DNA of 64,000 bases from contig OZ024761.1 in the NCBI GenBank assembly GCA_964016885.1, positions 4,960,001 through 5,024,000 of the forward strand, written 5' to 3'. Both the position numbers and the translations under genes were made by a program. The notes beneath the pieces are model-generated. The model was not told the DNA's origin, searched no databases, and was given only the letters and a program-made list of their open reading frames with translations. Source of the DNA: Eledone cirrhosa (lineage: Eukaryota). How positions within the stretch are numbered: position 1 is the stretch's first letter; every line of letters begins with the position of its first letter. Shown one piece after another: positions 13,157 to 27,681 of this stretch.

Positions 13157-16100
13157 CTGACGCGTATGTGTATATGTATATGTGCCTGTGTATGTGTATG
13201 TGTATATGTGCCTGTGTATGTGTATGTGTATATGTGCCTGTGTATGTGTATGTGTATATGTGCCTGTGTATGTGTATGTGTATGTGTATATGTGCCTGTG
13301 TATGTGTATGTGGATATGTATATGTGCCTGTGTATGTGTATGTGTATATGTGCCTGTGTATGTGTATGTGTATATGTGCCTGTGTATGTGTATGTGTATG
13401 TGTGCCTGTGTATGTGTATGTGTATGTGTATATGTGCCTGTGTATGTGTATATGTGCCTGTGTATGTGTATGTGTATATGTATATGTGCCTGTGTATGTG
13501 TATGTGTATATGTGCCTGTGTATGTGTATGTGTATATGTGCCTGTGTATGTGTATGTGTATGTGTATATGTGCCTGTGTATGTGTATGTGTATGTGTATA
13601 TGTGCCTGTGTATGGACCTGTGTATGTGTATATGTATATGTGCCTGTGTATGTGTATATGTGCCTGTGTATGTGTATATGTGCCTGTGTATGTGTATATG
13701 TGCCTGTGTATGTGTATGTGTATATGTGCCTGTGTATGTGTATATGTATATGTGCCTGTGTATGTGTATGTGTATATGTGCCTGTGTATGTGTATATGTG
13801 CCTGTGTATGTGTATGTGTATATGTGCCTGTGTATGTGTATGTGTATATGTGCCTGTGTATGTGTATGTGTATATGTGCCTGTGTATGTGTATGTGTATA
13901 TGTGCCTGTGTATGTGTATATGTGCCTGTGTATGTGTATATGTATATGTGCCTGTGTATGTGTATATGTATATGTGCCTGTGTATGTGTATGTGTATATG
14001 TGCCTGTGTATGTGTATATGTGCCTGTGTATGTGTATATGTATATGTGCCTGTGTATGTGTATATGTATATGTGCCTGTGTATGTGTATGTGTATATGTG
14101 CCTGTGTATATGTGCCTGTGTATATGTATGTGTATATGTGCCTCTGTATGTGTATATGTATATGTCCCTGTGTATGTGTATATGTATATGTGCGTGTGAA
14201 AGTGTATATGTATATGTGCGTGTACATGTGTATGTGTGCCTGTGTATGTGTATATGCATTTATATGTATGAGTATATAAATATAAACACAGACACACTTA
14301 CAAAAATACAAACACAGACATACATTCACAAAAACACACAGACATACATTCACACAAACATACAGACATACATTCACACAAACACACAGACATACATTCA
14401 CCCAAACACAGACATACTTTCACACAAACATACAGACATACATTCACACAAACACACACAGACATACATTCACACAAACACAGACATACATTCACCCAAA
14501 CACACATAGACATACATTCATACAAACACACACACATACATTCACACAAACACAGACATACATTCACACAAACACACAGATATACATTCACACAAACACA
14601 CACATATATTCACACAAACACACACACATACATTCATACAAACACACACAGATATACATTCACACAAACACACACACATACATTCACCCAAACACACACA
14701 CATACATTCACACAAACACACACACACATACATTCATACAAACACACACATATATTCACATAAACACACACAGACATACATTCACACAAACACACACAGA
14801 CATACATTCACACAAACATACAGACATACATTCACACAAACATACAGACATACATTCACACAAACACACAGACATACATTCACCCAAACACAGACATACA
14901 TTCACACAAACACACACAGACATACATTCACACAAACACACAGACATACATTCACCCAAACACACACACATACATTCACACAAACACACACAGATATACA
15001 TTCACACAAACACACAGACATACATTCACCCAAACACAGACATACATTCACACAAACACACACAGACATACATTCACACAAACACACACAGACATACATT
15101 CACACAAACATACAGACATACATTCACACAAACACACAGACATACATTCACACAAACATACAGACATACATTCACACAAACACACACACATACATTTACC
15201 CAAACACAGACATACATTCACACAAACACACACAGACATACATTCACCCAAACACAGACATACATTCACCCAAACACACGTACATACATTCACACAAACA
15301 CACACAGATATACATTCACACAAACACACAGACATACATTCACCCAAACACAGACATACATTCACACAAACACACACAGACATACATTCACACAAACATA
15401 CAGACATACATTCACACAAACACACAGACATACATTCACACAAACACACAGACATACATTCACACAAACACACAGACATACATTCACACAAACACACACA
15501 TATATTCACACAAACACACACACATACATTCACACAAAAACACACAGACATACATTCACACAAACACACACAGACATACATTCACACAAACATACAGACA
15601 TACATTCAAACAAACACACAGACATACATTCACACAAAAACACACAGACATACATTCACACAAACATACAGACATACATTCACACAAACACACAGACATA
15701 CATTCACACAAACACACACAGACATACATTCACACAAACATACAGACATACATTCGCACAAACATACAGACATACATTCACACAAACACACACAGACATA
15801 CATTCACACAAACACACAGACATACATTCACACAAACACACACATACATTCACACAAACATACAGACATACATTCACACAAACACACACAGACATACATT
15901 CACACAAACACACACACATACATTCACCCAAACACACACGTACATTCATACAAACACACACAGACATACATTCACACAAACACACACAGACATACATTCA
16001 CCCAAACACAGACATACATTCACACAAACACACACAGACATACATTCACACAAACACACAGACATACATTCACACAAACATACATTCACACAAACACACA

Positions 16101-17443
16101 CAGACATACATTCACACAAACACACAGACATACATTCACACAAACACACACACACATACATTCACCCAAACACACATATACATTCACACAAACATACAGA
16201 CATACATTCACACAAACACATGCACATACATTCACACAAACACACACGTATACATTCACACAAACACACCCGCATACATTCACATAAACACACACATACA
16301 TTCACACAAACACACACGCATACATTCACACAAACACACATACATACATTCACAGCATAGCAAATGGAACGCCAGCCACTGTTTTGCTACAGTTTTTTCA
16401 CCATCCACTTCCTTCCTTTTACACACATACATTCACACAGGCATCAGAGGTAAAGAGAGAGGAGTAGTATGAGGTAGTCAAACTACTCCTCTCTCTTTAC
16501 ATGTTGTACACAGGCAGCAGAGGTAAAGAGAGAGGAGTAGTATGAGATGGTCAAACTACTCCTCTCTCTTTACATGTTGTATACAGGCAGCAGAGGTAAG
16601 GAGAGAGGAGTAGTATGAGGTAGTCAAACTACTCCTCTCTCTTTACATGTTGTACACAGGCAGCAGAGGTAAAGAGAGAGGAGTAGTATGAGGTAATCAA
16701 ACTGCCCCTCCTTCTTTACATGTTGTACACAGGCAGCAGAGGTAAAGACAGAGGAGTAGTATGAGGTAGTCAAACTACTCCTCTCTCTTTACATGTTGTA
16801 CACAGACAGCAGAAGTAAAGAGAGAGGAGTAGTATGAGGTAGTCAAACTACACCTCTCTCTTTACATGTTGTACACAGGCAGCAGAGGTAAAGAGAGAGG
16901 AGTAGTATGAGGTAGTCAAACTACTCCTCTCTCTCTACATGTTGTACATAGGCAGCAGAGGTAAAGAGAGAGGAGTAGTATGAGGTAGTCAAACTACTCC
17001 TCTCTCTTTACATGTTGTGCACAGGCAGCAGAGGTAAAGAGAGAGGAGTAGTATGAGGTAGTCAAACTACTCCTCTCTCTCTACATGTTGTACACAGGCA
17101 GCAGAGGTAAAGAGAGAGGAGTAGTATGAGGTAGTCAAACTACTCCTATCTCTCTACATGTTGTACACAGGCAGCAGAGGTAAAGAGAGAGGTGTAGTAT
17201 GAGGTAGTCAAACTACTCCTCTCTCTTTACATGTTGTACACAGGCAGCAGAGGTAAAGAGAGAGGAGTAGTATGAGGTAGTCAAACTACTCCTCTCTCTC
17301 TACATGTTGTACACAGGCAGCAGAGGTAAAGAGAGAGGTGTAGTATGAGGTAGTCAAACTACTCCTCTCTCTCTACATGTTGTACACAGGCAGCAGAGGT
17401 AAAGAGAGAGGTGTAGTATGAGGTAGTCAAACTACTCCTCTCT
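13157..17443 (+). mobile_element. Composite dispersed element carrying three internal tandem arrays
   Basis: Collinear in reverse with 39969-41126: CTGACGCGT end, TG-rich array, TATGAGTATATAAATATAAAC spacer, CATACATTCACACAAA array, AAATGGAACGCCA spacer, 73-bp array. Confidence 0.8.
16437..17443 (+). repeat. 73-bp tandem array (~14 units), each unit with a 19-bp stem hairpin
   Basis: GTAAAGAGAGAGGAGTAGT-atgaggtagtcaa-ACTACTCCTCTCTCTTTAC in each unit. Confidence 0.95.
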
Positions 17444-18499
17444 GCAATTCTGGAAGTGAAAAGCTCTATTGTGCAATAAAGGCTGCGCTGCAATCCGACC
17501 ACCAGTAATTGTAAAATAATAATATATTAGAAAAGCAGGTTAAACTCTTAATACAAGTGTCTCTCTTTAAGATTCCTCGCCACCCTCACTCCATCCCATT
17601 AATTATCAATGACATTTTTAGACAACTTGATTGCTTTAAATGTTTACTTGTAACAGATTTTGTTACTGCTGAAGTTTCTACTGAATGTTGTTTTGGTGCA
17701 GGTATGGCTGTGGGGTTAAAGAGGTCGCTTCAGGAATCTGGTCTCGGGTTCGTTTACCCTTATTGGCACCTTCCCTAGGTTAGGTCTTTTCTTCCTCTTT
17801 CTTTTCTTCTTTTTCTTCTTCTTCTTCTTCTTCTTCTTCTTCTTGGCAGTATCTGTAGTGGGTCGGACGCCATGGTTTGACGCATAGAGTTACGGTCCTT
17901 GCCATTCTGAGTTGGTGGTTTGTGGTAGTGGTGGTTGGTGGTAGTGGTGTTTGTGGTGGTGGTGGTGGTGGTGGTGGTTGGGGGTTGGTTGGTGGTGGTG
18001 GAGGTGGTGGTGTTAATAAACAATGGTGACCCCCGATGATAGTCACCGTGGTGACAAGCATTTCTTTCTAGACCCTATATCAAAGTGAATTTCTTGACCA
18101 CGCGGCCATGTATGTATGTGTGTCTGTCTGTCTGTATGTATGTATGTATGTATGTATGTATGTATGTATGTATGTATGTATGTATGTATGTATGTATGTA
18201 TGTGTGTGTGTCTGTCTGTATGTATGTATGTATGTATGTATGTATGTATGTATGTATGTATGTATGTATGTATGTATGTATGTATGTATGTATGTATGTA
18301 TGTATGTATTGTGTATGTATGTATGTATGTATGTATGTGTGTATGTATGTATGTGTGTATGTATGTATGTATGTATGTATGTGTGTTTGTATGTATGTGT
18401 GTTTGTATGTATGTGTGTATGTATGTATGTATGTATGTATGTATCTATGTGTGTATGTATGTATGTATTGTGTATGTATGTATGTATGTGTGTATGTAT

Positions 18500-19162
18500 G
18501 TTATCAGGGTTGCAGGTGTTATATCAGAGTTTTCCTTCTACTAGAATTCTGCCTTGACAAAGGCTAAGGGGTCATCTCTCCCACATACATACATACATAC
18601 ATGATGGCTGCCCCCTCGTTATCGAGTATGGCCATTGCACGAGGAGAAAAAAGCCACCGACTTGAAAACTCTGGTACAAACACTACACTTGTGACAATTA
18701 TTGACACATAGTGCTGGGCCCATGGTACCATGTGAGGACAAGTGCAGAGAGATCTCCAGATATAAAGCAATGCCTGTGCCGTGAAGCTTTTATAGTGAGC
18801 AAAGGCACTGCACAAAGCCAGTCCCACTCTCTTAACCAAGATGATATTTACCAAAAAGAAGAACAAGTCAACATCATTGGATACCATCAGGGTTGCAGGT
18901 GTTATATCAGAGTTTTCCTTCTCCTAGAATTCTGCCTTGACAAAGGCTAAGGGGTCATCTCTCCCGGTGATTTTGGAAGGCCATTGACTCTTTAGAGCTC
19001 GTTTGCCCTTTGACAGGTTTTGTTTTTAGTCCTGCAGGATGTCCAGTCACCCTCCTCACCAAGAAACCTTGGTGGAGTTGCCAGTTTAGTCGCCAACGAC
19101 CCGACCATGAGACAGGTTGTACTGGGATACATGTTACCAGTAGCACCAACTGGTGACCTGAC
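18500..19162 (-). mobile_element. Bipartite RTE-like element copy plus partial duplicate
   Basis: Matches 850-1350; 18504-18581 duplicates 18886-18964. Confidence 0.8.
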
Positions 19163-19414
19163 ATACATACATACATACATACATACATACATACATACAT
19201 ACATACATACATACATACATACACAATATGTATGTATATATGTATGTATTGTGTAGTGTTTGTACCAGAGTTTTCAAGTCGGTGGCTGGACTAAAAAGTC
19301 ACACTCGTTCAGCGTATCAGTAGGGGTTCTCCTACATGGATATAAAGTAGTGGCCGTACTCGAAAACGAGTTGGCAGTCACCATGTATGTATGTATGTAT
19401 GTATGTATGTATGA

Positions 19415-19860
19415 AGGCACGCAACACTAAAAAGAGATGTCCGGAAAGGAATCCATGTTGGCCTTCCCCGAAGGCACTGACAGACGGCCTGATCTGTAAG
19501 ACCTGTGAGACCTGTAATAGGGTTTGTCTGAGCATGGCAGGTCTAAAGAGTCACCTGAGAGTGCACAAGAACAGGGAAGCAGGCACCTGTGGAGCTATAA
19601 GTGTTCATCAGACGACGTCATGTAATGATTTTGGAAGGGTATGCAGGTCGAGTAGTGATCTCACACGACACCTTGGGTCACATGGTACCATGGGCCCAGC
19701 ACTATGTGTCAATAATTGTCACAAGTGTAGTGTTTGTACCAGAGTTTTCAAGTCGCTGGCTGGACTAAAAAGTCACACTCGTTCAGCGCATCGGTAGGGG
19801 TTCTCCTACATGGATATAAAGTAGTGGCCGTACTCGAAAACGAGTTGGCAGCCACCATGT
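19415..19860 (+). mobile_element. 3' end of an RTE-like LINE ORF with three C2H2-type zinc fingers, 3'UTR and (TATG)n tail
   Basis: CETCNRVCLSMAGLKSHLRVH, CNDFGRVCRSSSDLTRHLGSH (degenerate), CSVCTRVFKSLAGLKSHTRSAH*. Short extra 3' copy at 19250-19385. Confidence 0.75.
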
Positions 19861-19932
19861 ATGTATGCTACGGGTGCTACTGGTAACATGTAATCCAGTA
19901 CAACCAAGGTTCAAGGTGTGGACAGATCTCGC

Positions 19933-19989
<57 letters not shown>

Positions 19990-20096
19990 GGAGATTAATA
20001 TCCCCACAGGTACTAACTACCCCTGGAAATATATAGGGTGTCTATGATACAGCGGTGTTCCATGGTATTAATTTGACATACCAGAACTATAAAATT

Positions 20097-20362
20097 AAAA
20101 ATAAATTAAAAAATATAATTTAAATATTTACCAAATCCATTTGCTTTTACCGACGGTTTTGCCGTTCTTGGGACTTCTGTCCTAGGAAAGGAAAATGCTC
20201 TCTGATGATCCGAACATTTCCATTGGAGGTCCCTACGATCTCCAATCTTTTGTAAGGTAAACCGTCGGTAAAAGCAAATGGATTAGGTAAATATTTAAAT
20301 TATATTTTTTTATTTATTTTAAGAAATTGTTTGAATTTTACTTGCTCCGCTTATCGCAATTT
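20097..20362. mobile_element. Inverted-repeat element with degenerate hammerhead (20196-20276, +)
   Basis: Arms ~20097-20159 and 20259-20320. TGCTCT-CTGATGA-TCC...GG T-AAA-CCGTCGG-T-A-AAAGCA, with G12 apparently lost. Confidence 0.6.
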
Positions 20363-20368
20363 TATATA

Positions 20369-20460
<92 letters not shown>

Positions 20461-20639
20461 ATATATATATAAACGTTAAAACCCTCTTCCTACTATATCA
20501 AGCGGTAACCTAATATATCCCTTCCATATACTGTACCGATTGTGTTGTTATTTCTGTTTACCTTTTACATATATATATATATGTATATGTATATATGTAT
20601 ATGCATGGGTGCATATGAGTCTATATGCGCGGGGTCATA

Positions 20640-21252
20640 GAAATAGTCGGGCTGGATACCCGATCGCGCGGTTATACCACTGGGAGTGAAGGACCCCTAG
20701 CCTTTGTCAGAGCATTCTTCTAGAAGAAGGCAACTCAGGAAACTGGGATAACTCTGACATAAAACCTACGCTCAGTAGTTACCGATGATGTGAATCTTTT
20801 CTTCTTTTCGGGTTATAGCTACTGTAGCTCAGAGAGTGGGATTGGCTCAATGCACAGTCTTTCCTCACTTTAAAAAAAATCTTTACGTACAGGCATTGCA
20901 CGATAGAATTAATTAATAATTATAAATTATTAATGATGTTGACTTGTTCTTTTTTGTAAATATCATCTTGGTTAAGAGAGTGGGACTGGCTTTGTGCAGT
21001 GCCTTTGCTCACTATAAAAGCTTCACGGCACAGGCATTGCTTTATATCTGGAGATCTCCCTGCACTTGTCGTCACATGGTACCATGGGCCCAGCACTATG
21101 TGTCAATAATTGTCACAAGTGTAGTGTTTGTACCAGAGTTATCAAGTCGCTGGCTGGACTAAAAAGTCACACTCGTTCAGCGCATTGGTAGGGGTTCTCC
21201 TACATGGATATAAAGTATTGGCCGTACTCGAAAACGAGTTGGCAGCCACCAT
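20640..21252 (+). mobile_element. RTE-like 5'UTR relative (20640-20900) followed by a bipartite element copy (20934-21252)
   Basis: GACCCCTAGCCTTTGTCA..TCTAGAAGAAGG..AACTCTGA..ACAGGCATTGC, then a match to the reverse complement of 739-1070. Confidence 0.7.
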
Positions 21253-21971
21253 GTATATGTATGTATGTATGTATGCATGTTGTGCCTTGAAGAAGTTGAC
21301 CAATGATTAAAGTTCCAACTACGACCCTCCCATTATATTTTTGTCTAAGCTGTTTAATGATTCATTTTGAAACCAGTTGGGTGTGATTGCAGGGAAATAA
21401 AACTGCGATTTCTTGCGGTTTCGGTAACCCGAGAAGGGCTCTCATCTTTGTTTTACACACTCGCATATATGTGTATATGTATGTATGTGTGTGTATGACT
21501 GTGTGTGTGTATGTTTAGAGTGTATGTATGTGTGTCAGTGTGTGTATGTGTTACAGTGTATACGCTAGACTCTACCATACACAACAAGACCAGAAGCTGT
21601 AGAAGGATTAAGAGAAGATTTAGAACAACAGCAATCAAAAGACAAGCTGACATATTTGTGATGTCCTGTTTGAGGTTTTGGGGGAGTTTCATTTGTTGGT
21701 TTTTCAAGGTCACAACATTTCTAAACATTTGGGAAAATTCCCACTTAAAGCGTTGTAGAAAAACAACCAATGAAAATGACGTATTTCCGTGACGTTATCA
21801 TATTACTGCCTATAAACATCCGCTACTGACCTTTCTCTCTATCTATCTCTATCTATCTATCTCTCTCTTACTCCCCCCTCTCACTCTCTTACTCCCCCTT
21901 TCTCTCTCGCTCTTTCTCCCCCTCTTCCCCTCTCTCACTCACTCTCTCTCTTACTCCCCCCTCTCTCTCTC

Positions 21972-22034
<63 letters not shown>

Positions 22035-22075
22035 CGAAACATAAGTCAATTGCATGAACTCATAATCCTTTATTT

Positions 22076-22131
22076 ACTGCTATATATATTTCGATGATAG
22101 CCATTGAATGGCTATGACCTCATCAGGCAGT
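22076..22131 (-). ncRNA. Type I hammerhead ribozyme motif, downstream of a PLE GIY-YIG remnant
   Basis: Minus: ACTGC-CTGATGA-GGTC ATAGCCAT tca ATGGCTAT CATC-GAAA-TATATA-T-A-GCAGT. Confidence 0.9.
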
Positions 22132-22747
22132 TAGTCAGTTCTTAGATATGCCAGCTCTGTGTTTATGGTGTTGATGGTATTAGAACCTTGGGACATATGA
22201 GCTTGTTAGGAATAATTTAATGTTGTCAGCAGGAATAATCTTAATTCTCATTGGTCAGTTTGTAGATGCTAGTAGGGTTGGTATTTTACCTCAAAGAGGC
22301 AGGTGGTGTTGTAAAGTTCAAACCGCCAGGCAAGATGACATTAGTTCCATATGACTGATTTTCACAAAAAGCATTCCTGGTCAGATATATATTCAATTGA
22401 GGTTTATAGTATGAAATTCGATACTACAGGTCATTCTTAAATTGAGGAATTTATGTCGGGTGGTACTACGGAAAATTATGGGTAGAGTAGAATACTAGAA
22501 AATTTACATATAAAAAGACTTATGTTGGTTGACTTGCACATACACTCACACCCACCCCCACAAACACACACACACATCCACACATACAAATTGAGGAATT
22601 TATGTGGGGTGGTAATACTGAAAATTATGGTTAGAGTCAAATACTTACAAAGTTTAGAAATAAACAGACTTATGTTGGTTGACTTGTACATACACTCACA
22701 CCTACCTCCTCAGACATACACACATCTACATACACAAATCCATACAG

Positions 22748-22805
<58 letters not shown>

Positions 22806-23912
22806 GCACATGTGCATATATATATACAACAGAGGCCCCCAAATCGAAGTATAAGGCAGACATAAAACTAGGTGGGTGTTATTTTTAAAGAAAAGTAAAG
22901 TGGGTGTTTGGAAAAGTTATTGTTTCGACTAGACAAAGGTAGAGTGTGATATATATCTTCACAGCAATAGCTTGGTGGCTTTGGAGCTTAGGCGAATCCC
23001 TTAGTACAGACATATATACCCACCCACACTTTTATATCTCTGGATGCGTGTGTATGTCTATATACACATGTGCACTCATACAAGAGAGCATATACAAATA
23101 TACTCTTAAGCATACACTCGAACATTTTTCAAATGCAACCTGGGGTATTAGTATTTCGTTGCGTTCACATGAGTGTGTACATTCACGTAATCCCAGTATA
23201 CACACACAGTGCACGGTTGCGGGCACTCATTCATGCGTATAGGGTTAGTACCTTGGGATAATTGTTCTTCCTGTGTGGGCCACTCCCGGGGTGGTGTGGG
23301 GGTTTCTCAGGTTCAATAAACGTGGTTTTGTTGACTCCTAACCAGTAGAGGATCCGGTGGACAATCCACCATAGGGGCCACAAACTATGGGTGGATGTTG
23401 TTGCCCATTGGTCATTGGTAGGGGATGTAGGGGACCTACAGGGGGGGGGGCGTTGTGGGAGGCCATAACCGGGGTTTATCCATATAGCTTGAGGAAAGTT
23501 CCCGTCCTTAGGTGTCTGCAGGCGCCGAATAAGTCGGCCCTTCTGTTTAATAGCTTGGTTCCGCCATGAAGTATCTCGAGTGTCTCACTAAGACAGAGGT
23601 TGCAAATACCCACCTCTGTCTGGGGGAACCTTTCTAACCACGGACCAGACCAGAGAGTGCGGGGTCTTTTCAAGTTTGAGCTTCCAGATCAATTCAGAAA
23701 GGGCCGTACATTTCCTCTTTTCTATTCTGTTAAAGGAATGGCGATGGTTATACCACCGATCTTTGAAGCTCGTCGCCGTGGATCCTATGTAGTGGTGCTC
23801 CGAGTTAGGGGTTGTGACCTTGCACCTATAGACTACGTTTTTCGTCATGCAAGTGAGTGAGAGAGAGGGATATATACATATATATATATATATGTATATA
23901 TCCCCCTCTCTC

Positions 23913-24994
23913 TTAATTTTCTTGATTTTTTAGTTGATTCTATTGACTGATGAATAGCTTATGTTAATTTTAACCCTTCTGTTGAGAACTCTATTCGATT
24001 TGTGATGTTTTTGGATTCTTGCAAAAATATACACAACTGAATTCATTCGCCTGATATAGGGGTTGCCTCCCTTGCCGATCCACACGTGGGGTCAGCAATA
24101 GTCAGTCCTTGTATTAACATTGAACTAAAACCTGTTGAGAAAGTGGCTTCCTTGTTCAATCATCTTACCAGAAGCCTGACATTATTTATGTAAGCGGACG
24201 GTACTTGATTTAGGAGCCGCAGAAACCCATATACTGGATTTTACCAACCTTCCAGGGGTCCGGGTAAATTTTCAATACCCGAATTACTTGATCGTTGTTT
24301 TGGCTATGCGAATGATTGTTTAACCATCGTCTCAGTGTGTTTGGCCTTTAACGTTTGTTATAGCTCTGGTTCATCTGAATCATTGAGCACTTGCCGCACA
24401 TCTCGGAGGTTGTTTTTCGTTATTTCGTGGGCCGAAATGCGAATCTCGATAATTTATGTTTGTATTATTCTCCAGACTCTAGCTATTGACCAGTTAATTT
24501 TCTTGATTTTTTAGTTGATTCTATTGACTGATGAATAGCTTATGTTAATTTTAACCCTTCTGTTGAGAACTTTATTCGATTTGTGATGTTTTTGCATTCT
24601 TGCAAAAATATACACAACTGAATTCATCGCCTGATATAGGGGTTGCCTCCCTTGCCGATCCACACGTGGGGTCAGCAATAGTCAGTCCTTGTATTAACAT
24701 TGAACTAAAACCTGTTGAGAAAGTGGCTTCCTTGTTCAATCATCTTATCAGAAGCCTGACATTATTTATGTAAGCGGACGGTACTTGATTTAGGGTAAAT
24801 TTTCAATACCCGAATTACTTGATCGTTGTTTTGGCTATGCGAATGATTGTTTAACCATCGTCTCAGTGTGTTTGGCCTTTAACGTTTGTTATAGCTCTGG
24901 TTTATCTGAATCATTGAACACTTGCCGCACATCTCGGAGGTTGTTTTTCGTTATTTCGTGGGCCGAAATGCGAATCTCGATAATTTATGTTTGT
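23913..24994. repeat. ~580-bp direct tandem duplication inside the PLE remnant
   Basis: 23913-24463 is nearly identical to 24494-24994; the second copy lacks ~50 bp (24214-24262). Confidence 0.92.
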
Positions 24995-26685
24995 TTTTAT
25001 ATATATATATATATATATCCCTCTCTCTCACTCACCACTCTCACTCTCTCTCTATATACATATATATATACATCCCTCCCTCCCTCCACCTCTCTCTCAC
25101 TCTCTCACTCTCTCACTCTCTATCTATTTATATATATCTATCTCTATCTCAATACTGCTCTACATACCAACTCCCATCAATCCTCTATCTAATTCTTCTG
25201 TAATTTACCAACTGACTTCGTCTGTTCTCTCTGCTCCGTCTCTTATCTCTTAATATTGGTTCCAGCTCATTGCTCGACCTTCAATTATCGGATTGTAGAT
25301 ACTTTTCCATTCTATTTATACATTGAGGAAACAGTCCCGTTTTTGAAAGAATCCGACACTATAATGGTGCCCATAAGACAGTCGACGAGCGGAAATTGTC
25401 CACGTGCTTGTTCCTATCGAGTTTTCTGTTTTCTTTAAATGTTCCACTTTTCTTGCTTTTTCCCCCCTTTCTTTTAACGTTCTTTCACTCATGTTTCACG
25501 TGCTATGTGAGACACCATACGTTTTCCCTAACGTCACACAACATTCTATGTTTTCTAGCTTAACGGCTCTATATTACTGTTCTGTCTCTTGTCTCTTACT
25601 CTTTTGGACAGTGTTTGGCTTATGTCAGACGCTGTGACCAGCAGTACCGTTGGTAGGGGTGAAAACTGCCCAAGTCTATCTCAACAGCCGATGACCATGG
25701 AGTTCCGTGTCCTTCGTTTGTATATTTATTTTTAAAAATTAATTCTTTTAGGTTTCCCCTTAAAAAATTGTTTTTCGTTTTGTTTTGTTTCCTTTCGTTT
25801 TCTTGTCCTCTCTTTGTTAATTTTCTTGAGTCTATATATATATATGTAGCGAAATCTATCCGCGCCTTGAATCTTGAGTGACACCTAAAGATCAAATTCT
25901 AGGTCACCACATTTATTGTGTTAACGAGTTCATGCGTGGGCTGTCCCCTCAGGTTGGGGGACAGGAAGTGACAGCTATATATAGAGCCTGTATGAAGCTA
26001 TTTTTGGCGGATACATCGGAGCATTACACCTATAACTAACTATGTAAAGATTCACCACTATCAACAGACCCCGTGAGGTCTACAGATACACCCAGAGCGA
26101 TTGGAGCCCTATTACTACAGAACAGAAATGTGGAAGATTCACCGCTGTCTGCAGGCCACGGTGGTTCACAGTTACGTCAGACCATAACAGAGGTATACAA
26201 ACCATATCTCTCCCTCTCTTACTAACTACGGTCTCACAACTACTACCACGGACTCCAAATAACAACAACAACATTATCTATTTGCTCGCTGTTTTCACAT
26301 CAAAAACATTGTCAACCTTAACAACTCTTGGTAACTGTTTTTATGTACTTTTAATTGATTCACGTGAAGTAAACCATATATAACCAAATCATTTATTCTT
26401 TATATTCTCGTTATTAAACCTATTCTTATTATTCATATTATTACATCTAACAACTTTGTTAATTATTCTAACAATAACTATTTCATAATTATTTTTAACC
26501 CTTCGTTAAATATATATATAAGTTTAAAAGCCCTACAATGTGTACAAGATTAAAGGTGCCAGGGTAATCGGTGTTTAGAGGAAAGAATGAGGACAATAGA
26601 ATTTTACCTTGGCAAATTTAATTATCTCAAATATTTTCGGGCTTAAAAACCCATATATATATATACATACATATTATATTATCCC

Positions 26686-27461
<776 letters not shown>

Positions 27462-27681
27462 AAGAGAGAATAACATGGTTGGGTGTACAACCCCGGACCT
27501 ACCTTTCTAGACATTTGGAACACACAGGTCCTTTTGGTCCTCCAACTACTTAGTGGGCAATGTAGTCAAGAGCTATGAGAAAAATGAAGGCGCACCAACA
27601 TGTCACCGTATAAGACTACTCCCTCAACCATCTTTCAACTCAAATACTTCGGTTTCACTATTCAATTCTTCTTCTTGTCAT

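Larger units (their letters stand above)
22030..24994 (-). mobile_element. Degenerate Penelope-like element: linker, GIY-YIG endonuclease, 3' region with HHR
   Basis: 23490-23850 minus: VVYRCKV..HYIGSTATSFKDRWYNHRHSF..TALSELIWKLK, then frameshift to CNLCLSETLEI..LLNRRADLFGACRH. Upstream HKSNRVLNRRVKINISYSS linker-like peptide. Whether all of 22.0-23.4 kb belongs to it is inferred. Confidence 0.75.

Noticed and set aside
12978-16353. Long 360-460 aa ORFs on both strands
   Set aside because: Translations of TG/CA-rich arrays (YVCM/HTYI); no stop codons by composition only.
16437-17443. CRISPR-like array or miRNA cluster
   Set aside because: No unique spacers and no cas genes. The let-7 match is only 9 nt and lies in the loop, not a stem arm.
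19387-19797. Host C2H2 zinc-finger gene
   Set aside because: Multi-copy, ends in a (TATG)n tail and lacks TGEKP linkers; it is a LINE C-terminus.
23946-23960. CTGATGA core (also at ~24528)
   Set aside because: No stem II or GAAA partner; it lies antisense within PLE coding sequence.
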